Assembly (NCBI GenBank): GCA_048013815.1
Contig: CM106585.1
Span: 1,302,001 to 1,366,000 of the forward strand
Direction: 5' to 3'
DNA: 64,000 nucleotides
DNA from: Setoptus koraiensis
Lineage: Eukaryota > Animalia > Arthropoda
The position numbers were made by a program, and so were the translations under genes. The notes under the pieces were generated by a model. That model was given only the letters and a program-made list of their open reading frames with translations. It was not told the DNA's origin and made no database searches. Positions 10,000 to 23,121 of this stretch are shown in pieces (within the stretch, counting starts at the first letter, position 1; each line of letters starts with the position of its first letter).

Positions 10000-12900
10000 C
10001 TCATCGTCACCTTTGTCCGTCAATACGCTGTGTGTCAAACAATACTGCTAAACAAGGTCTTGGCGCTGATAAAGCGGCTGTTGTTGTTGCTGTGGTTGTT
10101 GTTGCATGGTCTGATGTGACAGGACGAAGCGACGTTGTCAGCGAGTTGTTATTGTTGTTCTCTTGTCTGTCTGGTTGCAAGCAACCGATTTATGCTTTGT
10201 CACATAATCGGATCACAATTGTACATGCCAGCCTGTCACACACACACACACACACGACAATTAAAGGACGAGTCGTCTGTTGCGTAACGCAACTAACTAG
10301 CAACTACAATAATGACACATGAGCAGCGATAAACAAGAAAACAACAACAGTGGCAACAATAAACTTGCTACATCACCGATACACACGAAACTGATGATTG
10401 TCGTCATCCTCGTTGTCGGTGCTGCTGCTGCTGCTGTCATCATGTCGAGTTTGTAGCACGGTCTAACGGTGCCAATTACAGGTAAACACGTAAACAGTTG
10501 CACTTGTCGTGGTCGACACTTGTGTTCCCGTTATTATCATTATTGTCACTGTTATTGTTGTTGTTGTTGGCGTTGCTGTGATGGCAGCCGTTGTGTTGTT
10601 GCTGTCACACTGGTTGCAGTCTACAACTAGTTGCATTCAACGATTGGCCCGTTGCAATTGTCAAAATGGGCTTGCCAGCTAGTTTGCCTGACACTGTAGA
10701 GTATAGACACTGGGGATTCTGTTCAGAGTGTTGCACTTTCAAGCAAAGTTAACGTTATCTAATGGTCTCTGACGACCATTATAACAATGTAAGCGAAAAA
10801 CAGTGTTGTTTGTGTATAAACAGCAGGCCGTGTTTCTAACGAACTGCAGTAACAACAACGACAACAACAACAACAATAACAGCCAAGAGAGTCAGTCAAG
10901 TGACACAAACGATACGGCTGAAATTAATTACGTAATGGGCCCAGATTTTAAAACATACACACACATTAGCTGTCAGTGACTAACGAGCTTGGCATCGTTC
11001 ATGTGTCGTGTTTCTGTTGTTGCTGTTGTTGATGTTGACCGTCAGACGGCGCAACACGAGCAAACTAGCAGTTGTTGTTGTTGTTGTTGTTGTTGCTGCA
11101 TAAGACAACCAGTGCAACTAGGCCAGCAACGATTAGTCACCATCAGTAGACGGCGATGTTGCGTAACCAGAGTGCGCGCCAAGGCCTCGGTGCACGTCGT
11201 TCATTGACCCCGCGTAAAGTTAGTTAAGTTAGTCAGCGATTTGGATGGGCGCGTGATTGGCCAATATTGTTTAGCCTGTGCATAGTGCAACTGTGGCTGC
11301 TCTAATTATCCATACCATTACATGTATATACATACGACTAATCATTGTTATCCGTTATGTCTAACTAATTCTGTCAAGTAAACTAACTAATGTTGTCCGC
11401 TTTGTGAGCTATGGCGTTGCTATGCGTCGCATTGTTGTTGCGCAAGCTGTTGTGCGTCTCACCAAAACACTATTGGCAATAGCAACAAGTTGCCGCCAGC
11501 AACTGTTTATAACTGTTTTATGTGAATACGATGCTACGCGACAATTGTTACGTAACCCGCTCTCGCTCTCGTCCAATGCGTCTGTCAGTGGCTACTAATA
11601 GTGGCAATCGGGACACGATTGCAACTATTAGTACTGCTGGACTGCTGGTGCCAGTGCAACCATCTACCAGTGTGTGTGTGTGTGTGTGTGCGTGTGTGTG
11701 TGCGCAAGGCGTACAGCAGAGACACGGACAATGAGAGCCAAATTACCGGCATTACATAATAGTGGTCGCTCGTGATTGTGCCGCGGCAACACAACACAAC
11801 AATAACGACAACCGCAAGTGTCAGCTTGCGCCATCTCCATTGTTGTTGTCGTTGTCGTTGTCGCTGTCGCTGCGATTGGGCCGCATCATTATTATTACCA
11901 TTGCCGTCATGCTGCCACTGTCTTGCCAACTCGTCCGATTCGAACAACGACACTGTATGTAGGGCGGCCGCTAGCGCACCGGTGGTTGTTGCAGTTGTTG
12001 GCAACACTCACCTGTAATAGTAGTAACAACAACAACGCTGCCAGGTGCATGATGAAATAAAAAGAGAGCAACACGGAGAGAGTTATTCTCCAACTCTCAT
12101 TCTAATATTCTATATGTCACACACAATACTGTGTGTGTGTGTGTGTATTAGATGCGAGAATCGTCGTTGACACTTGTTGTTACTTCCGTGATTTGTCCTA
12201 CACACACACACACACACACACTCGCAATTGAGCACAGGTGCAGCCAGTGCAAGTCGAGTACGTTACGTAACGGCATTACGGTGACAATTGTCGGGCCGAC
12301 TCGCTCGCTGGCTTGCTGGCTCGTTTTCTGGCTGGCTGGCTGGCTCACTGGCTCGTTGACTGTCTGGCTGAGTGATTTCGCAGCTTTTTTCTTCTCTTTT
12401 TAGCATTATTTTCTTTCATTCACACCAAATCTAGACGCATGTGCAATTCAGATTTCGCTCTAATTTTTCCAGTGGCAGCAACAAATACACTTTTTGTCAC
12501 TGTTGCGCTACACATTATATAACTGTATAACGTCTTGCTATGTTGGCTCGTTCGAAATTTTCGCATCGATGTTATAAGCACAAGTGTCACAAACAACAAT
12601 CGAATCACGTCACACAAAATCGCATCAGATCTATGTTGGCAGGCCGGAAAAGTCGGCTCAGGGGGCGCCAAAATGCAATTCATCGGCAAGGGTCGGTGTT
12701 AGTCACTGGCAACCACTTGCTGTCACTTGTTCGTACATAGGGGCACATGTATGATGATTTTGTTTGTTTGTCGTTTGGCGACACTGCAAAGCCAAACAAA
12801 ATGTCTACCTAAAGTCAGGCCGCTGTTGTCGTTGTTGTTGTTGTTGTTGTCGTGGTTGTTTGCGAGCAAACACGCCAAATTCACTCATGTGTCATTAAAT

Positions 12901-15103
12901 TGTTTGCTCCAATTAATAAAACCACTTTTGTCGTATCATATAAGCGCAATCACACAAACAATCGCTGTCTTGTCGTGTCTCCGACGACAACAACAACAGC
13001 AACAACAACGACAACCCTTGTCCAACAGCGTTATGCGTTGTAAAGTTTGCGTTTTGTGCGACGCGCCTAGGTGGGACGAAATTGAACACAATTACCATGG
13101 AAACCAGCAGTATTATCGTCATCATTTTAATGCATGTATAGTTAGCTAACGGTAACGTTGAGCGCATGCATTTGATTTTGATCTGTCTTGTTAGTGACAA
13201 AAACAACAAATTTCGACTCTTTCTTGTGTCACTGTCAAGCGGGCTCTGCATACAACAAGTGGACAATATAGACAATTTCGGTAAACGGCACCAAAAAGAA
13301 CCAAAGAGAAAAACAGACACCAGTCGATGGAGTAGAAGTGATTTTTTGTTTGTTGTTGCTGCAGTTTCATTTTTATCTCTGATTTTATGCCACTGCGACT
13401 AACGAAAATATGTCTGACACACACATGAACAAACTATGGCCCGTTATTCATTCTGCATGAGTGATCGCGATCCTTGTTGGGGTGTCCAGTTACGTAACAA
13501 ACATCCACTGGCAAGCGTTGTGCTCGAGCAACAAGTGTTGCCCGCTATTCAAGATGGCCGCGCACCGATGTGACCGAGGTGATCAGACAACAATTAGCTT
13601 CATATTGGTCGTACTTTAGCTAATTTACTATTGCTAATTAGTTTCGATAATTAGTCTTGTGCAGTCTGGTGTGTGTGCGGCACAACTAGCCAACTGTGCT
13701 AACTGTGTGCTTATGCATCAGTAATTAACATAGTTACTTTCATGCGGCAGCTAACATAACGGTAATTGGTTGTGATTGTCAAAAGAATTGATTGGATTGT
13801 GCCCATATGTCACATGCTAATATATGGGACAATATATAAATATACATTGCGCCATCGTACAATATATTTGCATGTGCTCATGCATAACATTGCGTTTACG
13901 CCAAAAAAAGTGTGCCAAATAGACTATCAATAATTAGTGGTGCAGCCAGACAGTCATTGGGCTTGGCCGGCACGCTATGGATGCCGCCGGTATTGGTGAC
14001 AGTTGAGTAATTCGTGAATAAAAACAAGGTGAACTATGGCAGCTATCACCGATAGTTTTCAGTGCCCACCAATGCAATCAATGTCTCATGAAAATTGATG
14101 CGGCCAGGTGGCGCCACTCGGACTTGCAAGTGTGTGTGGTCAATGAGGGCGCCCACGAGTATGTTTCATTTGGCGCGCATTTCGACACTACCTGCGGCAA
14201 CTAAAGCAACAGCAGATAATGAATGCAACAGGTGAATCGTTTGTGTTGCGCAAGCGTGTTTGCTTGGAATGCTTGTGTGCGCAAAGCAAGCAAGCGGCAT
14301 CACCTGTACAAGTAAGCAGCGTCGTCAGGTTGACGGCGACGATGGCGACGATGACGACGATGACGATGACGATGATGATGACGATGATGATGGTGGGTTT
14401 ATGGTGGTCGAGACGAAACGAGCGAACGAACGAACCGAAGAACGAACCGAAGAACGAACCGAAGAACGAACCGAAGAACGAACTAAAGAACGAGCGGCAA
14501 GCCAGCGAATCGGTATGCAGGTCATCAGCTGATAGGCACGCCAGTGGAAACCGTGAAAAAAAGCAAACCTCTTTCTTACGTAACCACGACGCTTTTATTT
14601 AGAGTTGTAGCTGTTGCCTGTTGTACCAGATACGTTGTTGTGTTTGTTGTTGCAGTTGCTGTTGCAGTTGCTGTAGCAGTTGTTGCCGTTGTTGTTCGGA
14701 CGTTCTGACTTGTTGAGTTTGGTCGGTTGTGCTCCATGAATTTGTGCTGCATAAGCAACAGACAGATAAGCAAACAAGACGCTGTGTTTGTCCGACTGGC
14801 CGCCTGTCTCTTGACGGGACTTCTCTCTCGCTCTTTTCGTTAGCCTACTTCTTTTTGGCTTGCCAAGACCAGCTCACCTGAGTGTGTGTGTGTGTGTGTG
14901 TGTGTTCGTGGTGGCTACAACGACCCCGAACGCACAGTTGCACAGTGTGCTGCAGCGACGGCCATCTCGCTGCAAATGTAGTTGCTGCTGTTGTTGTTTG
15001 TCTGGCAATATATAGGCCGCGCCCGTAGCAGTGTGTGTGTGCGTGTGCTTGCAACCTGTCGACTTGCAACTCGTCTGACTCGTCATCGTCGCCATAGTCG
15101 CCG

Positions 15104-15163
<60 letters not shown>

Positions 15164-16559
15164 CGACTATCTAAACAACAATCGGGCCAGCAAACACACA
15201 CACACACACAACAGCGACAACGATTATTTGGCAAGCTAGCGCTGTTACGTAACTAGCAACTAGTGGCTAGCTAAGCTAATAACTAGTAACTCGTAGCTCG
15301 TAACTTCTTTCGCGACACAACCATTCACCTGTGTGAGTGTTTGTGTGCGTTAGTCTTTGTTGGTGCAAAGCCAACAACAGCAACAACAACTGCACAAGTA
15401 ACTGATTGGCCAGGCCAGCAGTGTTAGACCGACAATGTTAAACGATGGCGATATCTAAAAATAGCACAAATCGCGCTTTTTGATGCGTGGTCACCTGCTG
15501 CTTCTGGCGCTGCCGTCGCCGCCGAACACCACACAAGCTCACAGCTAATGGCACATCTCGCACACTTGATCATTATCTCTCTTGTTAGGCATATCTTAAT
15601 TACAATTACGTAACAGCTATGACGCCGTCTGGCCGGGCTTGTTTGTCGTCTCGCCACTCTGAACTTACTAACAAGCGTGTCTGCCGTTATGGCTACAAGG
15701 TGGCGCTGCCTTGCACGAGCTCTATCGTCTGGCCTCATTTCATTTGTCATGGCGGCAATACTTATCGCCAGTTATTATAATATTGTTGGCGATTATTGGC
15801 CAATCTCAATGTCAAAGTTATTTGCAGATATTGTGATATTGTTGCCAGTTTGTTCGTTTGTTTGTGGCACGTTGAGAGATGGGCGCCAACTGGTGGCCAC
15901 AATTGACCGCCGAAATAAAATCACGCGGTGCTCACGCGCTCACTGGCTACGGTGCCTTCCTGTCGGTCAGTGTTTTAGAGAGTCGTTTTAGATTGGACCG
16001 CTTGGGGCGCGCGCATGTTCGCTCCATGAGTCTGGTCGACTAGATCGATTAGATTGCTCGCTGCACCAAAACAATCATCGGTTTATCTAGAGGCAACAAC
16101 AACAGCAACAACAACAGCGGCATGGTGTGCCAATTGTGTCTATTATAGCCAGCACAATTGCTGTCGTGCCGACGCGGCCAAAATAATACGTAGCGTCGCT
16201 GTTGCGCAATCTCGCGGGCTGGCTCACTCACTTGCTATAACTGCATGCAAACAATGGCAAACAAACAAACGGACAGACGAACAAACAAACTTAGCCAAGA
16301 AATGATGAATGGGCACACACAGATACGATCAATGTGGCCGGCGTACACGTTGGCATGAGGCAAGGATATGCAAATGCGATTGCCATTGCTTGTTGATTGT
16401 TTGCGATGATGCAACAAATGCTACTGATGCCTCGCGTTGCGCTAACATTGTTATAGTGGCTTACAGTATAGTGACCATAAGTGCACTATAGTTACAGGTT
16501 GCTGTGGCGCGAGTGGTCAGCTGACAAGTGCAATTTGAGGTGAGCTTTGTGAGGCCGGA

Positions 16560-16624
<65 letters not shown>

Positions 16625-19600
16625 CACCTATAGGTTGCATGTTTGTGTGCTCATGGCAGGGCCACTCGAAGCTCATTGGCCAGACTCATTGGTCACCGTT
16701 GTCGCTGTTGAATGGCCGGTGTGAGCGTAGCACAGGTAAGCAACAGGTGAGCGGTCAGTGAGGACAACAACAAACGGCAAGTAAGTTAAGCAAACAACAT
16801 TGGCCAAGCACAAACACATCGCTATTGGCTCGTTCATTGGCTGTGTGTGTTCGTTAATTGTATTGGTACAATACACATGCCTGTTGCAAGCTGACCGAAA
16901 ATGCTGCTGCTGTGACTTGAAATGTTGCGTAACCATTGCCAACAGTCAAGTGCACTCGCTCGATTATTGCGCAACCGCTCAGCTGACCTGCGACTCAGCT
17001 GACCACTGGTCACTCTGGGAGTGAGTGTGTCCTGCGGCAAGTGGAGGCGACCAGTGGTGCCATAGGGAGCACTATGCATACTAGACCAGATATGCCCAAT
17101 GATTAATGGTTGCTGCACGCTCCATCGGCCACTTCTACCCCTACCCGTACCCCAACGCATGAGCACAGTGTTATCTGACACTGTATTTGGGCATCAACAT
17201 TGGGTACTGTAAGCGGCAAGAGATTAACACTGACGGCCAAAACTGTGCGTAAGGCTGTGCATCAGTTTGAGGCCCATAGTTCTCAATGAACGACACACAC
17301 ACACACACTCTAAATGAATGGATAATTGGGTATGGGCGTGGCGGCAGTAGAGGCCAAAGGCCGCACATGGCGTCTACACACACACACACACAGTTCACAC
17401 AAGCCAACTTCCGGTTTACTATTGCTATCCATAGTGTGTGGCTATAAAACACACTTGTTATAATTATTATTTGAACTGTTACTGTAGTTGCCATGGTAAC
17501 TGGTATGGTAACTATGGTGCTCATTCAACTGAATTCATGCTTCTAGTGAATATATTCATATATAAATATATGGCTGGTGTGTTTTATACGCTCAGTGTAT
17601 CAACATGATGTGTGTGTATGCATGCACAGGTGAATATGGCGGTGAAAATTGATTAATTGTTGCCGCGAATTCATAAAAGGACACACACAAACGAGAAGAT
17701 AAATTGCAAACGAGAACGCGTGCCGCTAGAGTGGCCCTTGTCCATTGACTGTATTATACGGTACGTGTATTATTGAGTATGTTGTGTTGGTTTGGCCAGT
17801 TTGAGCAGTGGCGGCAGTTTGGGCGGTTTGGCCAGTTTGGCCGGTTGGTAATTTAACGACACCGTCTAGACTCGATGCACTGGATGATGTGGATAAAATT
17901 AGCTGCGATATTTACCTGTGGCTGCGCGTAGTTGTTTGTTTGGTTGGTTGGAAAGCGTACACGTTTGTTGTATTAGTGAGCTGATAGCGAACGATAAACG
18001 CTGCCGGCAACGTGGCCGATACACGTACACGCACACGCACTTTTTGTGTGCGTGTGTGTGTGTGTGTGGCTGGCGCTGGCAGCAGCAACTTGTTGCATCG
18101 TAAAGTGACGCTAGCATTGTCGGCGCGTTGCTATGCACCGACAGCGGCACCATTCCAATCTATAACAACCTATGAGAGCCAATTCAGCCAAACGAACACA
18201 CACGAGATATGGAGGGGATAGGTAAATTTTTGTGCATTGGAGTGGCCAGTAGAGTGGCCCTCATCTATCAACTGCTGGCAGCGTGTCAAGTGTGTGTGTG
18301 TGTGTGTACGTAGCAACAACAGGTGAATAGGCATAATCAAACAACAGCAACAGGTATCTGTAGGCGACTTTATTTATGTATGGCTTTTTATTTGATTACT
18401 ATTATGGCTGGCGGGCGAGCACGGCAAGCATGACAACGAGCCAAAATACGAGCAGCAGTGCATGCATACGAGTTGCGCCAGCAGCGGCATATAGCAACAA
18501 CAGGTCACAACAGGTAACTTGCGCCTGTTGCACTGGCCGGCCAGTCAGTCGGTGAGCCCGCCAGCCAGCCGTTGCAGTTGCAGTTTCTGTTGCAGTTGGT
18601 GTTGCAGTTGCTGTTGGTGTTGCGTAACCTTGAACGCTTCGCTTCGGCGAAATATCTGCCTCTTTTTGTGCACTTATGCGAGCCAAGCTTGTGTGCGTGT
18701 GTGTGCGTTTACAAATCATCTTCTAGCCCAGGAATCACGCTCCAGCTCTGACTTGGCTGCGTCTCGTTCGGCTAGCAACTAGCTCCTTTTCTTGGCTGCT
18801 TATATTACGCTCGTTGCCCAACAGATCGCCGGCTGATTGCAGGTGAACTCGCACACAGCAACTACGCGCAAACTTAACCTGTCCTGCATCGGGCATCGGG
18901 CAGCAAGCAACAGACAGCGAGCAACAGCCAACCAGCCAAAGGCAACTGTGACCTGCGTTGGTGCTCACAATCTCATTAGATTGCATGCGATTCCGAGATG
19001 CCGAGATCGGCCGACGAGATTGCGCCACTGGCATTTGAAATTCGAACGCGCGCGCCGGTGTCAATGGCGCTGCCGAGTAAACGAGCCGCAGCAAAGGTAT
19101 TTATGAGCAGACGGCGCACAAGGAAAAGAATTTTGTTGCGTCGTGGCACATACGCCAGCCTCCTTCTCCACTGGCTGGCCGCCTCCTCGGCCGGCCAGCC
19201 AAAGCCAGCCGAAGCCGAACGAAGCCAAACGAAGCCCTACGAAGCCTTACGCAGCCAGTGGACGGGCTCCGATCGGTGCAAGCGACAATTGTGTCACACG
19301 CAGAGGCACAATTATCAATGCGCGATGTGGATGCCGAAATGCAGGCGCACGTCGCTGCCATCTAAGCGACGGCCAAAAATGCCAGTCGCTTATTCTTTTC
19401 CTGTGGCTTCTTCACTCGCTGCCGGCCACTCAATGGCACAATCACTGGCCGGAATTCGCTCACGGTGCGTGCTGGCGACTCTTGTGTGTCTGCAAAGCTG
19501 ATTCGTCGCACTCGTTGCGAGTGTCTGGAGCGTTCGAGCCGTTCGACAGCTTCGAAATGCTGCAAGTGGCAGCACGCGCTGCTGGGCAGTGTCGTCATTG

Positions 19601-20900
19601 ATGCGTCGCGTCGCGTATCAGATCGCAACAGATCGGATCTGGCGGCATCAGACGGAATCAGATGGATTCAGATGGATTCAGATGGCATGAGATGCGATCG
19701 GTGGCAGCGTGCACGTCCACGATGGCCGATAGCGCGCACCGGCTTCGGCGTGCCCATTGGCGGCCACACCAACCACGACGTGCCACGTTCAACGGAATTG
19801 AGCCGGTGCACGTAGTTGGCGCCGTGGCCAACAGGTGACATACGCGAATCACACAAGCGAACAGGATAAATCATGATGCACGATGGCGCGGCCAACGCAC
19901 GACACTGGCACAGATTGCAGGCCACTGGCCATGCAACTAATTGGCATCCGGCACACACACACACACACACGCACGCACGCACACGGGATATGTGGCATAT
20001 GTTTGTAGTTGTTGTACAGGTGCGGCTCACTCGACACATTGAAGGCACGTTGAAATGAGAGTGAAACTGGCGCAAGTGGAGCAGCCAATTCTTGTGAGTT
20101 GTTCGCCTCTTGTTGGCTGTTGCTCGAATTGGTTGCTTGTCCGAATTGGTTGCTTGCTCGAGATGGTTGCTTGCGCCAATTGGTTGCCTGTGCCACTTGT
20201 GCGAATGAGTTTTCTGCGGCCACCAGTTGGCGCGGCCACCACGACCTTGAATGCGCGTTGCTCCAACGAACGCCGGCCAACGCGCCACGCAGTGCCGGCC
20301 ATTGTGGCGAACGCGGTGCATCGTTAGTGGCATGATGCGACAACAAGTTTGCACAGAGCAACAACTGCAACAACAGGTTGCCAGCCGGCGCAAACATTTG
20401 CAACGATGGCCATTTAAACTTTGAAATTTAAACCTCAAATTTTAAATAAAAAGGCAACGTGTTACGCGATTCAACATCCGACAGCGATGTCACTTGCTTG
20501 TCGGCCGGCCTCGACTGGCTAAATGTTGCCACCCACATGACTCGCAACCAGGTAAGTGTCACACTACTGTTATACTACTGCATGTGGCACCCCCGAGATA
20601 TCAGGCTGCTGTGCTGTGCCGTGCTGTGCATGAGCAACAACAACGCGAACTCAGCTTGCATCGCATCCGGTGTCAGCACAAAATATTCTTGTTCAACTTT
20701 TCTTTCCACTAATGTGTGCAATATGGCTTTTGAATTAATTAATATCATGGAGTGCAGTGCATTCATTAGTCACATTGCATATACATCAATACATTAAGTA
20801 TGATGAATACATATTATGTATTGATATCTATATGCGATGAGGCTGGCGCATGAGCGACTTGCTCTATTCATGCTGCTCTTGTCTCGAGAGTCTCATCATC
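10000..20900. repeat. Gene-free region dense in microsatellites and short tandem repeats
   Basis: Many (CA)n/(TG)n, (CAA)n/(TTG)n and (GAT/GAC)n tracts; short ORFs are repeat-derived; no recognisable protein domain. Confidence 0.8.
14428..14493 (+). repeat. 12-bp tandem repeat (GAACGAACCGAA) x~5.5
   Basis: Four perfect units, one variant (gaacgaactaaa) and a partial unit. Confidence 0.9.
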
Positions 20901-21332
20901 AGTTTGGCGATGACAATTAAACAACAAACTGGTTGAACTGTCCAACTATTTCCGCTTTTGCCAGAAGTCGTGCAATCTTAAAAACAAGATAAACCCAAGG
21001 TACCGAGACTAGGATTTTTTCAGAAATGCGTCTTCTATTATGACAAGGGATATTATCCAGTATCGTTGTCGTGTAGTCTGGCACAAATGGAGATTACCTG
21101 CCCTTGTACCAGTCCCACAGAATACGTACCTCTACCACATGTCGGGTTAGAATCGGAGTATGATCACTCAACATGTAACCTTGAAAATGCTAATTTGTCA
21201 GAACGGGCAAAAACGTTTGAATCCATTGCAAATTATCTGTGTACAAGGTTGGGATGGGGAGATTGGCCAAGACAGAGCTATGCACAAATGGTTGCCACTG
21301 GTTGCACCCTTGCGCGTATGGCATTTAGGTTG

Positions 21333-21790
21333 TTGTAGCGATTAGGTCCCAGCGCCGATCATGATGAAACTTCCGGTACAGGTTCATCTTGACCCAAAAC
21401 CATTGGAAAAAGTGGTCCGGAAGTGCGGAAACTTCCGGTTCCGGTTTTACCTAAAGTTGCTTCTAGAGCGTTGAAAATCACCAGACTGACGTTCAAGATG
21501 ACGATTAACAGGATGACATAACTTTCAGCACTTCACCACGTCCGGTTCTTTGGTTATAGCGATATCTCTAGAATTGAGAGACCAGAATTTGCCGAATTCA
21601 GGCTTCGCTACACTCAGGGATGAGCCTGCAATTGTTCTTAGAACTCTGCCTGCGGCCTCGTATTCTGGAGGCCGTCACATCTCCGTCGTCGCTACCGCGA
21701 CGACTGCGTGCGACGGGAACCCTTGGGGAAGGGTTGATGAGCGCTTCGGGTATCGGGCTGCGCCCTCTACCCTCCGCTCACATGACTGCA
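21333..21790 (+). mobile_element. Left arm plus hairpin core of non-autonomous TIR/foldback-like element (copy 1)
   Basis: tccggaagtgcggaaacttccggttccggttttac is identical to ~24488-24522; terminus resembles 24403-24445; followed by the conserved core. Right arm not found. Confidence 0.6.
21641..21790 (-). repeat. Conserved multi-hairpin core, copy 1
   Basis: Near-identical to 35218-35367 (5 differences) and to the reverse complement of 24677-24825. Strand given is the one carrying GNA/GNNA loops. Confidence 0.9.
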
Positions 21791-22006
21791 ATCCAAACAC
21801 AGCTGCAGGCGGGAAGAGTGAACGAACCAACTAACAGAGAATGAGAAAGAAGAGATTAAGTGACTGAAACAGACGTGAATACAGAGTGCAGCGAGCACGA
21901 GTAATAAATAATGTAATAGAGTGTAATAAATAAGCTTGGATCGGTAGAGTTTAATGTATATATATGATATTCATTTATTTAAGCATAAGACAGGAATGGC
22001 CTATGT

Positions 22007-22061
22007 CTCCCTGTGCGCTCGCTTCGAAAAGGCGACGGTGCAGCGTCGAGCGCACAGGGAG
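22007..22061. other. Y-shaped (rabbit-ear) hairpin
   Basis: 14-bp perfect stem ctccctgtgcgctc/gagcgcacagggag enclosing two small arms (gcttcgaaaaggc; gacg-gtgcag-cgtc). Confidence 0.8.
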
Positions 22062-22099
22062 GAGTTCATAATGTTACATTCCCCTGCAGGAAGCAATGC

Positions 22100-22600
22100 T
22101 CAGTCCTCTGAGCCGTACATTTCGTCGTGCCAAGTAAGGTACTGGTGGATTTCATTATTTTGACACCTTACGGGACAGAGTTCACATTGGTTGTTCTCGT
22201 AATCCTTTCTAGTGTCCTGATAATCGCTCTCCTTGGTTGCATTATCGTTTACGTGAATGCTATCGTCACCCGTGTCCTTGTCGTGGGTCTGAGTACCCGG
22301 CCCTTGTTTGGGTTTCTCTTTCATGCTCCCTCCTGCAGGTGTAATTATATAAACATCGCATGTCTCCTTATCAGCCGGTGTGTACGTTTACGTGTTCGTC
22401 AGTTATTATTTCGACAATATCCTCAGAGCTTATGTCACTGGCCCAATACATATATGGGCAGATCAGGCGATGTATTTCGCTGTGACGAAGTCGTTGGCAC
22501 TCTGCTTGTCGGTTAGCCAATATTTCCTGGCGGAGTTCTTCTGAGAGTGGTTCATCCCTGATTGAGGCCTAATCTACGTGGTAATTTATATCGTCGAACA
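22100..22600 (-). pseudogene. Decayed ORF of unknown function, divergent from the ORFan
   Basis: One frame reads MFDDINYHVD*ASIRDEPLSEELRQEILANRQAECQRLRHSEIHRLICPYMYWASD...** with internal stops; protein-like composition, no family recognised. Confidence 0.3.
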
Positions 22601-22627
22601 TTTTGTTTCGGCAGAGTGGTTGTTTTA

Positions 22628-22690
22628 TTAGCGCTTAATTTTAATTAAGTAGCTATTGATGTGGTTCTGGGCTCTACGTTTATTCACGTG
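22628..22690 (+). repeat. 63-bp bipartite direct repeat 1
   Basis: 28 bp identical (ttagcgcttaattttaattaagtagcta) + 19 bp variable + 16 bp identical (tacgtttattcacgtg) relative to 24195-24257. Confidence 0.9.
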
Positions 22691-23121
22691 GGTAGAACAA
22701 ATCAGTGCTTTTTTCAACTAGGAAAAAATAGCACGGTGAAAGCTGTACTGTGAGAAATAGACTAGATAAATTTAGAACACTCAAAGCTTACAATGTTGAC
22801 TAGTTAAATTTAGCACATAGAATGCTATGCGCGCGAAACACTTACTAGACGCGATTAGCACGCTCAATGCTGAGATGCTAACTAGTTAACTGATAATAAA
22901 CTCAGTTAGTTACTGATCAATTGCTTGTCATTGACCAAATTGGCTTTGTGGCTGTTGTAAAATTTGGCGTTAAAAGTTGTAAATTTCCTAATTAGAATTG
23001 TAAATATCCTGAAACTAGCTGTAAATATCCTAATTAAAACAGTAATTGTTGTGATTAAGGCCATAAAAGTGCCCATTAATTGGCGAGATTGTTAAATATT
23101 GGCCGACTTAGCCTGATTTCC

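Noticed and set aside
10000-20900. Dozens of 60-250 aa ORFs
   Set aside because: Made of microsatellite translations (HTHT, CVCV, poly-Q/V/D), overlap on both strands and show no domain motifs.
21066-21338. 90-aa ORF next to the left TIR arm
   Set aside because: Non-ATG start, short and no recognisable motif; cannot be supported as a gene.
21641-21790. Hammerhead or HDV-like ribozyme in the hairpin core
   Set aside because: TTGATGAG resembles CUGAUGA, but no GAAA follows the stem and no P1/P2 nested pseudoknot could be paired by eye; a covariance-model search would be needed to exclude it fully.
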